Assembly (NCBI GenBank): GCA_025603075.1 | Contig: MU626332.1 | Span: 1 to 64,000 of the forward strand | DNA: 64,000 bases | Source: Neoconidiobolus thromboides FSU 785 | Lineage: Eukaryota; Fungi; Entomophthoromycota | Reading direction: 5' to 3' | Shown here: in pieces, positions 35,985 to 46,712 of the stretch | Numbering within the stretch: the first letter of the stretch is position 1 | Layout of the letters: each line of letters opens with the position of its first letter | Notes under the pieces: generated by a model | Database searches by the model: none | Told to the model about the DNA's origin: nothing | Seen by the model: the letters and a program-made list of their open reading frames with translations, nothing else | Position numbers and translations under genes: made by a program

Positions 35985-36971
35985 ATGGGTTTGAACGTTT
36001 TTGTTGTAGAGATGATCGGTGATATACTGGGGGTAATAAGCATCTTATTAAACCTGATAGTAGCCACCACAGTCTTTTTTCTATGGAAAGAATCTGGGCT
36101 ACTGTTAGGATTAAGTTTTATTTTACTAATCATATTCTGTGACATTACACTGCCCATTGTTGGAATAACCCAAGAAGTAGTAACTTTATCAACAAACCAT
36201 AATCCAATGCGAGATGTCGTAGGTTGCCAAATACTAGGAGTTTTCCACAATGTTATGCCTATCGGAAGTAGTTGTGGGGTAGCACTTTTATCTTTAGAGC
36301 GGTATTTAATTATCAAAGATCTAAAAGTGCCCAAAGTAATCCTTTGGATTACTGCAGCTGCTATGGTTGGTGGTACTTTAGTCTTAGCTATAATAACTGC
36401 TATTAACCATCAATTTGAATACACATCTTCTTATATGATATGTATGGGCTCCCCAGTAGGTGGAATTGCTAGTAAGAGCTTATACTATTTCATGATCCTT
36501 ATATTATTTACAAATACCTTGATTATCCTTTACTGTTATTACGGAATTTTAAAAATTAGGAATAAAACAAAAACATTGACTGGTATGAATTTAGAATCAA
36601 CTAATCACTCAAGTCAGTTTTATCGATTAGATGATAATAATAATAGTATTAAAGACCACAGTGTTACTAACAAGGAAAAAATAAAAAAAGGAGTTAAAAT
36701 AGAAACCAAGTTGTTTTTTAAAGCAGTATCATTTGTAGCTTGTTATGTACTATTTGTATTACCGTCTGTTATTTTAATGATCTATTATAGTGTTATGTCC
36801 AATAATAATACAAATTTTACTTTAAACGGGGTATTGTCGTCTATCATCTTTGCTTCACTCTATTCCTTTTCACTCATAAATCCTATTCTTTTGCTATTTC
36901 TTCATAATAAGGTATATGTCAAGTTTAAATCTTTGTTTGTATCACTCTTAAGGTTAATTCAGCGTAGGTAA
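35985..36971 (+). CDS. Class-A (rhodopsin-like) 7TM GPCR, intronless
   Basis: Seven hydrophobic segments, Cys at the top of TM3, SLERY at the TM3 end, Cys in ECL2, P in TM6, INPILL in TM7. Confidence 0.85.
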   Translation: MGLNVFVVEMIGDILGVISILLNLIVATTVFFLWKESGLLLGLSFILLIIFCDITLPIVGITQEVVTLSTNHNPMRDVVGCQILGVFHNVMPIGSSCGVALLSLERYLIIKDLKVPKVILWITAAAMVGGTLVLAIITAINHQFEYTSSYMICMGSPVGGIASKSLYYFMILILFTNTLIILYCYYGILKIRNKTKTLTGMNLESTNHSSQFYRLDDNNNSIKDHSVTNKEKIKKGVKIETKLFFKAVSFVACYVLFVLPSVILMIYYSVMSNNNTNFTLNGVLSSIIFASLYSFSLINPILLLFLHNKVYVKFKSLFVSLLRLIQRR

Positions 36972-37166
36972 CTAATAATGTTATAAAATAAAATAAAATG
37001 AGTTATACATCAATATTTAGTTACTTTGACCAACCATGATTTTCATTAAAAGATAAAACCCAAATTTTTTAAAAATAAAACAATTTTACCGATTAGGTAA
37101 TAATTTGAGCCCCAAGTTACAATATGTTTTTATCAAAAGTTAAAAATAATTAGACAATACATCCAA

Positions 37167-37239
37167 TGCCTTCTATCGGAATCGAACCAATGACCTTCCG
37201 CTTACTAGGCGGACGCTCTGCCAACTGAGCCAAGAAGGC
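37167..37239 (-). tRNA. tRNA-Thr(AGU), identical second copy
   Basis: Exact reverse complement of 33120-33192. Confidence 0.95.
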
Positions 37240-37775
37240 AATCAACATTATTAATAGAAACTAGTATAGAATCTTTATTTATTAATTTCCAACAAGGTTG
37301 GAATTTTAACGATGGTTGCAATTAAAATCCAGTTTTTTGAACAAACACTAAGTAAAATTACAATAGAATGGATGAAATCTCATTTCAATAATTTATGTCT
37401 TTTAGGCAGAGTAAGCTTTGACCAAGAAACTAATTTGATTAACAATAGATAGCATTTTAAAAAAACTTAAGCATAGTTTTATAAACATTTTTAACTATTA
37501 AAAGTTTTTATAACGTTTGAGAATTTCATTAAGATATTAATTGAATCCAAGCAAAAATTTAATTTTGCGTTAATTTTTGGCTTAATTTTATAAAATTTTT
37601 TTTTTGAATTAATAAATAAGCTTATACTTATAGCTTTAATTATAATTAGTGAGAATCACAAATTAGATTATAACCTTTAACTATGCTTTGTTACCAAGTG
37701 GTTAATACTAGCTATTTTTGTAGATTCTTTTAATAATATTAAAAAAGTATTTCATTGGACTAATAAATAACAAAT

Positions 37776-37874
37776 GGGGATGTATTTTTGTGTTTAAGAA
37801 TTTTACTATCAACTTTTCCGCTTAAATAGCGCTTGAAAAATGGAAAAAATAATGAAGTTAAAAAAAACACTCCC
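37776..37874 (+). mobile_element. MITE copy with AAAT target duplication
   Basis: AAAT directly repeated on both flanks; lies within a TAATAAA microsatellite. Confidence 0.92.
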
Positions 37875-37927
37875 AAATAATAAATAATAAATAATAAACA
37901 GTAAATAATAAATGACAAATAATAAAT

Positions 37928-38024
37928 GGGGATATGTTTTTGTATAAGAATTTTACTAGCAATTTTTCCACTCAAATAGCACTTAAAAGGTGGAAAAAGT
38001 GATGAAGCCAAAAAAAACATCCCC
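37928..38024 (+). mobile_element. MITE copy with AAAT target duplication
   Basis: AAAT directly repeated on both flanks; same microsatellite. Confidence 0.9.
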
Positions 38025-38173
38025 AAATATTAAAAAAAATAACTATAATTCATATAATAAACTTAAAAATTTAAGTAATTTTAATATTAAAGAAACTTAT
38101 ACCAAATTTAAATAAAAAAACTTTATGTATAAATTTATAAATATGATTAATTTTATTCTTTATTTTTTATTAT

Positions 38174-38516
38174 TGTGAAATCTGATACTCAGTAGTTAGA
38201 GTCAAAAGGAGTTCTTGGTTGGTTGACTATACTGTAAGTCGAAAGCCCTTAGCTTATGTAACTAAGATAGACTTGAGTTATGAAGAATAGTACGTAATAG
38301 GTTACAAGCTATATAAGACAAATAGAATAGACAATACTATTGTAAAATCTACGTAAAATACTATTAAGAAAACTTAGTGGCTTTATTAAATGTACGAGAT
38401 ATCAGGGAATAATTCAAGTCTATCTTAGTTACATAAGCTAAGGGCTTTCGACTTACAATATAGTCAACCAGGCAATAGCTGTTATTGCCTCCAATCACTG
38501 AGTACCAGATTTCACA
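38174..38516. mobile_element. Fold-back derivative of the solo-LTR-like element
   Basis: About 240 bp of the 5' end forward, then about 100 bp of the 5' end reversed; both termini read TGTGAAATCTG. Confidence 0.85.
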
Positions 38517-38613
38517 AAAGTACGTCCATAATTAACAATACATATTTTTTAATAAAATTTTACAAAAATATGTGTTTGTTCATATATCATAACTTTTATT
38601 ATTGATAATATAT

Positions 38614-38712
38614 GGAGATGTATTTTTTTGTTGAAAATTTTACTAATAAATTTTCCGCTCAAATAACGCTTAAAAAATCGAAAAAGTGATGAAATCAAAA
38701 AAATACCTACAC
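38614..38712 (+). mobile_element. Diverged MITE copy
   Basis: ATAT on both flanks. Confidence 0.85.
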
Positions 38713-38817
38713 ATATCAAATTACTCAATTTTTGTATAACAGATATTTTTATGTAAATTTGATAAACTAACCTTTTTTTTTTTAAATAAATTCTAAACAA
38801 AGTTTTAAAATACAAAT

Positions 38818-39235
38818 TGTGAAATATCGCTTTGTCAGTCCCATGGTTAATTATAATATAATAATCGCCTAAGCTGTTGTGTTCTCGAGTTCGGAGAAAA
38901 TCAATCCCACGCTCTTAGTTTGATTTGATGAGAATTTTTATCTTCGTCTCAAAGAATATTCTCCCCTCGTTTTGATATTTATACTTATTGGAGTATAAAA
39001 TAGATTCTAAAACATAATAGTTCGAGGCTTTTTAACTGAATTATTCCCTGATATCTCGTACATTTAATAAAGCCACTAAGTTTATCAAACTTACATGTAG
39101 CTTGTAACCTATTACGTGCTATTCCTCATAATCCAAGTCTATCTTAGTCACATAAACTAAGACCTTTCGACTTATAATGTAGTCAACCCAGGAATAGCTG
39201 TTCTTGACTCCAAACCCTGAGTACCAGATTTCACA
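38818..39235 (-). mobile_element. Solo-LTR-like element with internal deletion (subfamily A)
   Basis: Both termini present; close match to the reverse complement of 359-822. Confidence 0.78.
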
Positions 39236-39358
39236 CAGGTGACAAAACGGGGTATTAGATAACTCAAGCAAGTTTTCTATATTAAATGATGTAGTTTTTA
39301 AAAGGAAATATAAATTCAATTCAAAGGCTAAGAAGTTAAGTTAATAAAAAGTATATAT

Positions 39359-39456
39359 GGGAATGTTTTTTTAGCTTCAGCATTTTTTCCATCTTTCAAG
39401 CGCTATTTGAGCGGAAAAATTGTTAGTGAAATTCTTAAACCCTTAAATACATCCCC
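39359..39456 (-). mobile_element. MITE copy
   Basis: ATAT on both flanks. Confidence 0.9.
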
Positions 39457-39608
39457 ATATGTTTACTAGCGAAAAAGAATCTCTATTATCACCAAGTTAT
39501 GATAAAATAGCTGAGAAGCAGAGGAGCTCAAACGGATCATCAGCTAATTATAGGAATCAAAAAAAAATTATGAATTTTGTAGTTTAGACATCAGGAATAT
39601 TTAAAAGG

Positions 39609-39884
39609 ATGGTTAGTATTAAAGGTAAAAACGGGGTAGAATATATAACTGATATAAAGGCCAAGTCAGTTAAATTCAAGAATAAAAATGGGAATATAGT
39701 ATTAAACTTAAAAGGGTGTAAATTTTATTATACGCGCACGTTATGGGAGATAGTTAATGTTTCTGAAAAACCAAAGTGTAGAAATATAAGGTTTTATTCA
39801 ATAATTAAAGAAAATAAACCTTCATATTTAATTCAATTTTTCAATAGTGAGAATATAGTAGTGGAATATAGTAGTGGAATATAG
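39609..39884 (+). pseudogene. Possible transposase relic with FLYWCH-like N-terminus
   Basis: FKNKNGNIVLNLKGCKFYYTRTLW...KC resembles the first half of a FLYWCH domain; the ORF ends inside a tandem repeat. Confidence 0.25.
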
Positions 39885-39948
39885 TAGTGGAATATAGTAG
39901 TGGAATATAGTAGTGGAATATAGTAGTGGAATATAATAGTGCAATATA
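39851..39948. repeat. 13-bp minisatellite (GAATATAGTAGTG), 7 copies
   Basis: Six perfect units, one variant unit and a partial unit. Confidence 0.95.
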
Positions 39949-40659
39949 AATGGGAGAAAAGCAATTATTATTCAATATAGAAATTGTATATATCAGATTC
40001 TAACGTTGTATTGAAATATGAGTATTCTTTCTTTTTTACATGCACTTTAACAATTTGTTAACGTTAATGAACAAGATTTTGAAATTTATTTATTCTCTTT
40101 GGCTGTTATCTTAATCGACCACAAGAGTATAAAAAGGCAGCTTTCTAATTGATGATCAAGGATAAATAAAGTTAGTTGTGTATTTAGATCTTTGTTTTTC
40201 AATTAAAGTGTAACATTTTTTAAAATAAGGCATTATTATTTAAATCAAGGTTGTTACATCCACTTTATCTTTACCAAGCTATCTACTTTGAAATAGTGCT
40301 ATTATATAAATATTTTTTGAATATTTTATTGGGATATAAAACCTTGTATAAATTGATATATATTTACGTAACTCTAGAGTATAAGTAGCTATTATATATA
40401 TGTTTATTTATTGTTTTCTACCTATAATGTAATAGAAGCTACAACTAAAAAAGTATATCGGGAATATGTGATAGTTTAAAGGCACAAACTTCTAATAGTA
40501 GCTATTTTTGTCTTTTAAAAAATGAGTCACTTCAATATTTAATATTTCAATGAAAATATTATAAGCATTCAATATGTCAAGACTGGATCTTTTGTATTAT
40601 TGTATTCATTCAAATTATATATATTAAAAATTTTGATTTTCTAATAACTAAAAACATAT

Positions 40660-40757
40660 GGGGATGTTTTTTTTAGTTTCATTACTTTTCCATTTTTTAA
40701 GCACTATTTAAGTAGAAAAATTATTAGTGAAATCCTTAAGCAAAAAAATACATCCCC
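40660..40757 (-). mobile_element. MITE copy
   Basis: GGGGATG at both termini; ATAT on both flanks. Confidence 0.9.
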
Positions 40758-40981
40758 ATATTGTAATATAAATATTAGATAATTAAAATATACAAAATTT
40801 TTCAAAAAAAGCGAGAGTAAACTAAATAACAATAATTTTTTAAACTGTATAAGGTAAGATAATAATAAAATGTTTTACAAATGATAATTTTATTATATAA
40901 GCATTTGATATAATTGAATCTAGTTAAACTCATTAGATTGAGATCTTAACATAATAAAAAAGCACATATAGAGCTAGTCAC

Positions 40982-41563
40982 TTAATTTCTATAATATTTC
41001 ATCTTATTGTTAATAAAGTCCTCAGATGCTTGACAGTTTTCCTTGTGATTTAATTCTTTACTTAAAGTTAATATTGTGTCATCTTCATACACTTTTAAAT
41101 GCTCATCAAATTTCTACATTCAAATTAATGTTTCTTTTATTAATAACTATATGATTTACCTTGATTAAGGCATCTAACTTATCATAATACCGGATATCAT
41201 TAGGAATTAAACCATACGCATATAAATCCTCAATACATTGTTTGGTTTCGATATTGATATCGAAATACTTTGAGTGCTCACTAGGGCCTAACTTATCTTT
41301 GATCAATGGGAGCAACACTTCCTTTTCGGCTTTATTAAAAGCAGAAACTAATAACTATAAGTATAGCTAAATTAACAATAAATTGTATTACCATGGGATA
41401 TAATCTCAGTACTTAATTTGTATTTTTTATCACTGGCTGTTACCTTATTGATGACAGAACTCAGATATGATATTAAATCATGACTTTTTTTAACCGCCAA
41501 AAATAGGTTTTCATCTTTAATATGCTTGAAATGGTGTAGATGGATCTCTATCATTTGATTCAT
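40982..41563 (-). CDS. Divergent hemerythrin (HHE)-like protein lacking several metal ligands (3 exons)
   Basis: Spliced product aligns with the neighbour (EIISHVSAFNKAEKEVLLPLIKDKLG vs EIIRQISVHSVAEEIVVYPFVKDKLG); introns at the same positions and phases. Confidence 0.75.
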
Positions 41564-41940
41564 TTAACTGTTTATATTCAATATGTATTTGTTTCTTAGC
41601 TTCGAATTATAGTACTATTACCTTATTTTTATACCAAAAGGCTTAAATATTCGAACTTCTAAAAGGTAAAATAAGATGATTTTCTTTAAATATGAATTAA
41701 GTACAGCTTAATCATGAAGTAATAATCAAGAAATTGTTTAACATTTAGCATTCATTGTAATTTTTTGAATTTTATTACTTAGAATTTATTAATCCTATAA
41801 ATTTATTATTAAGAGACTGATTTTTTATTGAGGCAATTTTAAGCAAAATAAAAAAATTCAAAAAATTCATTGTAGGGTATAGGAAGCTGTGTTTATTTAA
41901 AAGGCAGCAGATAAAAGTATATTGTCTTAAAAAGCACAGT

Positions 41941-42689
41941 TTAACTAGTAGATTCTGGGAAGCTTCTGAAGGTTCTGTCACTAGCTTTGTCGACAGGAGC
42001 TTGCATTTTTCCAACAATATCCTCGGAGGGTTGAGTATCAGGAGCACTTGGGTGTGGTCTAATTGTGTTGTTAGTCAAATAGAATGAAAATATAAAAATA
42101 CTACCTGGTTGGAACTTCCTCCCTTTTTTTAATAAAATCCTCTACCAACTTCTTGTTCTCACCCTCACTCAATACTTTGGTTATTTGTGGTAATACAAAC
42201 TCTTCTTCTTCATCAGAGTGCTTCTTGAATTCCTTTTATAACGTTAGTATAGTTGATTTTATTTATTAATTTATTTACTTCAAACACTTTATTCAATTTG
42301 CTTGAAAATTCTTCAGAATCAGATCTCATGTAATGAGCAGATAGGGAATAAAGGTCTTCTTTTACATGACGATGCTCATTTAAGGATTTAGAATATTGGT
42401 CGTCCCCTAACTTGTCTTTTACAAAAGGGTAAACAACTATTTCTTCAGCGACGCTATGGACAGATACTACTTATACGTTAGTAACTATTTATTTTGGTAT
42501 TAAATGATTACTTTGGCGAATAATCTCATTACTTATCTCCTCCTTATTTTTATTTGTAGTCGCTTCTTGAAATAAAGAATACAGATATTTTATCATATCA
42601 TGTTCTTTTTTGATAGCAGTAGCTAAATCTTCACTTGTAGTATGTTGATACTTTTTTAAATCAATTACTGTTTTTTCTTGACCTAACAT
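41941..42689 (-). CDS. Hemerythrin HHE cation-binding domain protein (4 exons)
   Basis: KKEHD, HSVAEEIVVYP, EHRHVKEDLY, HSDEEEEFVLP and PTRPHPSAPD motifs; start taken as AAAAATG at 42689. Confidence 0.9.
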
Positions 42690-42771
42690 TTTTTGATAAG
42701 ATACAAAATGTATCTCAGCTTGTTGATATACTTTTTTAGTTGGTGCTATCGTGGTTAAGTACTTGGCAAAT

Positions 42772-42860
42772 AGTGATATCTTTTGTCTAAACATTTACTA
42801 ACTTTTTTTGCTCAGTAGAGCTTAAAAATGATAAAAGTGATAAAACCAGAAAACATTCTT
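42772..42860 (+). mobile_element. Diverged MITE copy with AAAT target duplication
   Basis: AAAT at 42768-42771 and 42861-42864; internal TTTACTAAC...GCTTAAAAATG...AACCAGAAAACAT matches consensus. Confidence 0.75.
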
Positions 42861-43272
42861 AAATACAAAGTATAATTATGATGCTAAGTATGAATACATG
42901 AAGTGATTATTAGTTAATTATTAAAACTTAATTGTAAATAATAGTAAAAAGCATTTATTAAACAAGTTTAGATGATCTCTTGATTATCTTAACTATCTTA
43001 GATTTTAGCATCATCTTTAATCATCTTATCATTAATACGTTTTAATTACAATAAATTTGGTTTTAGAGATCATTATTATTTATTGTGGTATTAAACTTGA
43101 GTATCAGTCTTTGATGATTTTATAAAAATTATTTTATAGATTAAAATAAAAACAAAATAGTTCGTTTATCAGAAAACTAGTTAACGTTTAAGATATTTTA
43201 GTAGTAATAAATAAATTATCATAGTTTTATTAACTAGCACTTTAAAGATTTTATTGACATTAACTTTAAATT

Positions 43273-43367
43273 GAGGATGTATTTTTGTGTTTAAGAATTT
43301 TACTAACGATTTTTCTTAAATAGTGCTTAAAAGATGAAAAAAGTAATAAAGTCAAAAAAATACCCTC
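43273..43367 (+). mobile_element. MITE copy
   Basis: Matches consensus; flanks AATT and ATAT. Confidence 0.88.
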
Positions 43368-43459
43368 ATATGATAGAATAAACTTTTATAGTATGTAATA
43401 TTAGATAAAACATTTATTTTGTTAATATTAGCAGCTTAGCGATTGTGATAGAATAGGGA

Positions 43460-44090
43460 TTATCTGATCTTTCTCTGGTAATTCTCTAACCTATCACGAG
43501 CTTTATCAGTAGGAGCTTCCATTTTCCCGACCATGTCTTCAGCAAGCGAACTATCAGGAGCACTTAGATAGGGTCTATTAATAAGGGTAAATAAATTTTT
43601 TATAATATGTAATTCGATTTACCTGATTAGAACTTCGTCTCTCTTTTTTGCAAAATCATGAGCCAAAATATTAATTTCGTCACTATTTAATAATTTATAC
43701 ATCTTTGGAACAAGGATCCTTTCTTCTTCATTCTCATGCTCTTTAAACTCCTATTAAAAGTAAGTATATATAGCAACAACTTGATACTATATCACAAGGG
43801 TTCGATCAATTTTAGACTGAAATTTTTTGGTTGCTAGATCTCTATAGCAGTTTGACAACAGATAAAGGTCTTCTTTTAGTATAGGATACTCATCCAAGGA
43901 TTCATAATATGGGAGTGTTTTTTTAACTTCATTATTTTTTCCGTTTTTTAAGCGCTATTTAAGCAGAAAATTTGGTAGTAAACTCTTAAACATAAAAATA
44001 CATCCCCGTATTTTGATCCCCTAATTTGTCTTTAATTACTCTATATAAATCGATTTCCTCAATAACATTATGAATTGAAATTATATAAAA
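43460..44090 (-). pseudogene. Hemerythrin HHE pseudogene interrupted by a MITE
   Basis: ISIHNVIEEIDLY...KDKLGDQ, then MITE, then ESLDEYPILKEDLY, EHENEEE and RPYLSAPD. A 1-nt frameshift remains after removing the MITE. May extend to about 44270. Confidence 0.85.
43911..44007 (-). mobile_element. MITE copy inside hemerythrin pseudogene exon
   Basis: Near consensus; flanks ATAT and GTAT. Confidence 0.92.
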
Positions 44091-44154
44091 AGTTGTTATT
44101 GAAGTTTATCCATATTAATCTTTGAGCTAACGTTGACACATAAGAGTATTTTAT

Positions 44155-44234
44155 AGCTTCATTACTTTTTCTATCTTTTAAGCACTATTTGCACAGAAAA
44201 TTGTTAGTAAAATTCTTAAACATAATACATCCTT
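44155..44234 (-). mobile_element. Partial MITE copy
   Basis: CTTCATTACTTTTTC...GTTAGTAAAATTCTTAAACAT...ACATCCTT. Confidence 0.8.
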
Positions 44235-44747
44235 AAATGAATTGCTTTATAGATTTAATCCGACAAAAGTAAACTGTTATAAGATAAAGCAACATTTAGA
44301 TTTGAACAAGTTAATATAATAAATGTCAGTATTTCGGCACCAGTATAACTGAAAATCAAGTTTAAAAATGTTAGACGTTCTATAGAGTAGAAGTGGATTT
44401 TTGATGGTTTTTCAATAGTTGTAGATACAACAAAAATAAACCAAAATGCAAAAATTAGAGTAAAGATTTTGGTATTTCTAAATGGCATTTTTATACTTTG
44501 CTTTATTGGAAGTGTTGTAATATTAAAAAGTATTAACGTTCTAAATGCAATATCCTTAGAATTATAAATAGTAAAATTTATCGACATTTTAACTATATGG
44601 GTTTAAGGTGTAACTTAAAATAAACACTTCTTGAATATAACACAAGTTATTCGTTTATAATAGTATTTATTATAAATATTGTGAATCATATAATACAGAC
44701 TAACTTGGTTGACATTGATTAATTTTTTAAGTGATCTTCAATCATAT

Positions 44748-44840
44748 GGGGATGTTTGTTTTGGCTTCACTTTTTCTATTTTTCAAGTTCTATTTGAGTG
44801 GAAAGGTTATTAATAAAATTCTTGAACAAAAAATATCACT
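44748..44840 (-). mobile_element. MITE copy (last one in the window)
   Basis: ATAT on both flanks. Confidence 0.85.
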
Positions 44841-46712
44841 ATATATTTTGAGTAAGGTTTTCTAAAAAAGTGGAGTAATATTTTGTTTTGAATGAAATAA
44901 ATTTTGATATTATATAATATTTGTAATAAAACAAATATCGGCTAATTAAGTCAGAACTATTTAGACTGATTGATATATTTTATACTGATTTTTACTATAG
45001 ATATAGTTGGTTAATAAAATTCTATAAGATCTGACTCTATTATGTTATAATAAAAATATAAGATAATACCAATCTACACTTCTATAAACTTTTATAGCAG
45101 CTTTTTGTTATTAAATTATAAAAACATACATAAATAATATAAAAATACTTTATTCAGTATAGACTAGATGCTGAGGATTTTTTAAAAAGCTATACTAGAA
45201 TGAAGATAAAAATAAACCTACTCAATCAGCTTGATACTATTGTTTCTTAATTTAATTGGATCAATTTAATTAAGAGTTGAATAAATGGTATGATGTTATG
45301 AAAACTATTCTATGACTTAAATATAAAGCAATAATAATATCTTTATAAAAAGCATTAAAGATCAAAAACTTTGTTGGTTTTGATATTGGTCTTTCGTAAA
45401 AACCAACACTTACATCATTATTTCTCTTCCTATAAAAATTAGTATTTAATTTTAGTTATATGAAGGAAGTTTACTTATTAATGAGAATTATAAAAGTTTA
45501 TTATAGGTAATATTTAAAAATATAAAATATAACTGGAAGACACATTACGTTGTTTAATACATAGAGCTATTGACCTTTTCAAGCTTCTATAACTTTAGTA
45601 CTTTCTCATCAACTCAAGTGACCCCTGGGCTTATTTTCAAAGATAATAGCTTAGTGGGAAAATACAAGGAATTTATAATATAAAATGTTGTTAGTTTAGT
45701 TTCAAGCCAATATGTGGTTCAAAGTAATAAACTGCTTTTTTTAATGCATTGTAATTTAAAACCTTATTCACTTATATTTACTTAAATAACTCTAAATAAC
45801 TCTAAATAACTCTAAATTTAATATTAAATTGTCTTTGAGGTTACATTTGACTATATATATTAATTGACAATACTCATAAAGCTTTAAGGCCATTTATTAA
45901 GTTTACGTATCTTGTTTATTATATCCAACCATGGACTCGTTTAAATTTAATCCAAAGTTTCTAAAAGAATGTTAATTTTTATGACTATTATTCTGAATCA
46001 ATGTCTTATATAATACTTTAAATCAGTAATTCAATTATATTATAAGAATTAACTGAAACAACGTGTTCAAATCAAGGGTATAAAAGTATTAAGGGCTAGG
46101 AATCAAGCTATGGATTATATTGCATATATGTATACCCCTTATATATAAAAATAAATACCTTTAAACTTAATGGAGCAGGAAGTCATAATCTAGCTTTTAA
46201 TATTTGTAAAAACTTAACTTTAATGAGTGCCATTAAGTATTAAATTTTTTACTTATTACATAATAAGTAATGAAGTTATTAAAAATAATCAGTTCTCATG
46301 CCATCAATACTACTTTCGTATTATAGTGTTATCCTTATAGGCGGAATTTAAAGCTTTGAATCATTTCTTAAGTGGGTATACTATCTCCTTAATACATTAT
46401 ACACTACCATATACATAATTGAATAGATTCTAGAATCTTTTGGAGTTAATAAATGAAAATTTTGGCTAAAAAAATAAAGCAAGGATATTAGTGCGGGTTA
46501 TTTTATCAATTCAGTTGATAGTTTTGATTTGTTAATGATTAAGTCATGCTTCCACTTGAAGCCAAGAATTCTAAATCGAAACAGGCCCTATTTTTTCTCA
46601 ATAGAAAACTTAGAATTTTTTTGATTTCCTAATTAAAATTTATTGTAAAGCAATTTTATAACACTTATTGAAATATAAAAATTAATGTTTATCTTTCTAA
46701 GGTATAGCTACA

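Noticed and set aside
34161-36334. ORFs 34161-34490 and 35981-36334
   Set aside because: Antisense shadows of real genes.
37760-39319. ORFs 37760-38026, 38549-38815 and 39119-39319
   Set aside because: Translations of MITE, microsatellite and LTR sequence.
41775-42047. 90-aa minus-strand ORF
   Set aside because: Alternative frame overlapping the last hemerythrin exon and its 3' UTR.
44255-44587. 110-aa hydrophobic minus-strand ORF
   Set aside because: No family recognised; the opposite strand looks equally like decayed coding sequence, so neither can be called.
201-44840. MITE copies as a CRISPR-like or regularly spaced array
   Set aside because: Irregular spacing, both orientations, TSDs present, eukaryotic context and no cas genes.
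46420-46440. TTCtaGAA as an autoregulatory heat-shock element upstream of the HSF gene
   Set aside because: Only two nGAAn units; three are normally needed and chance occurrence is high.
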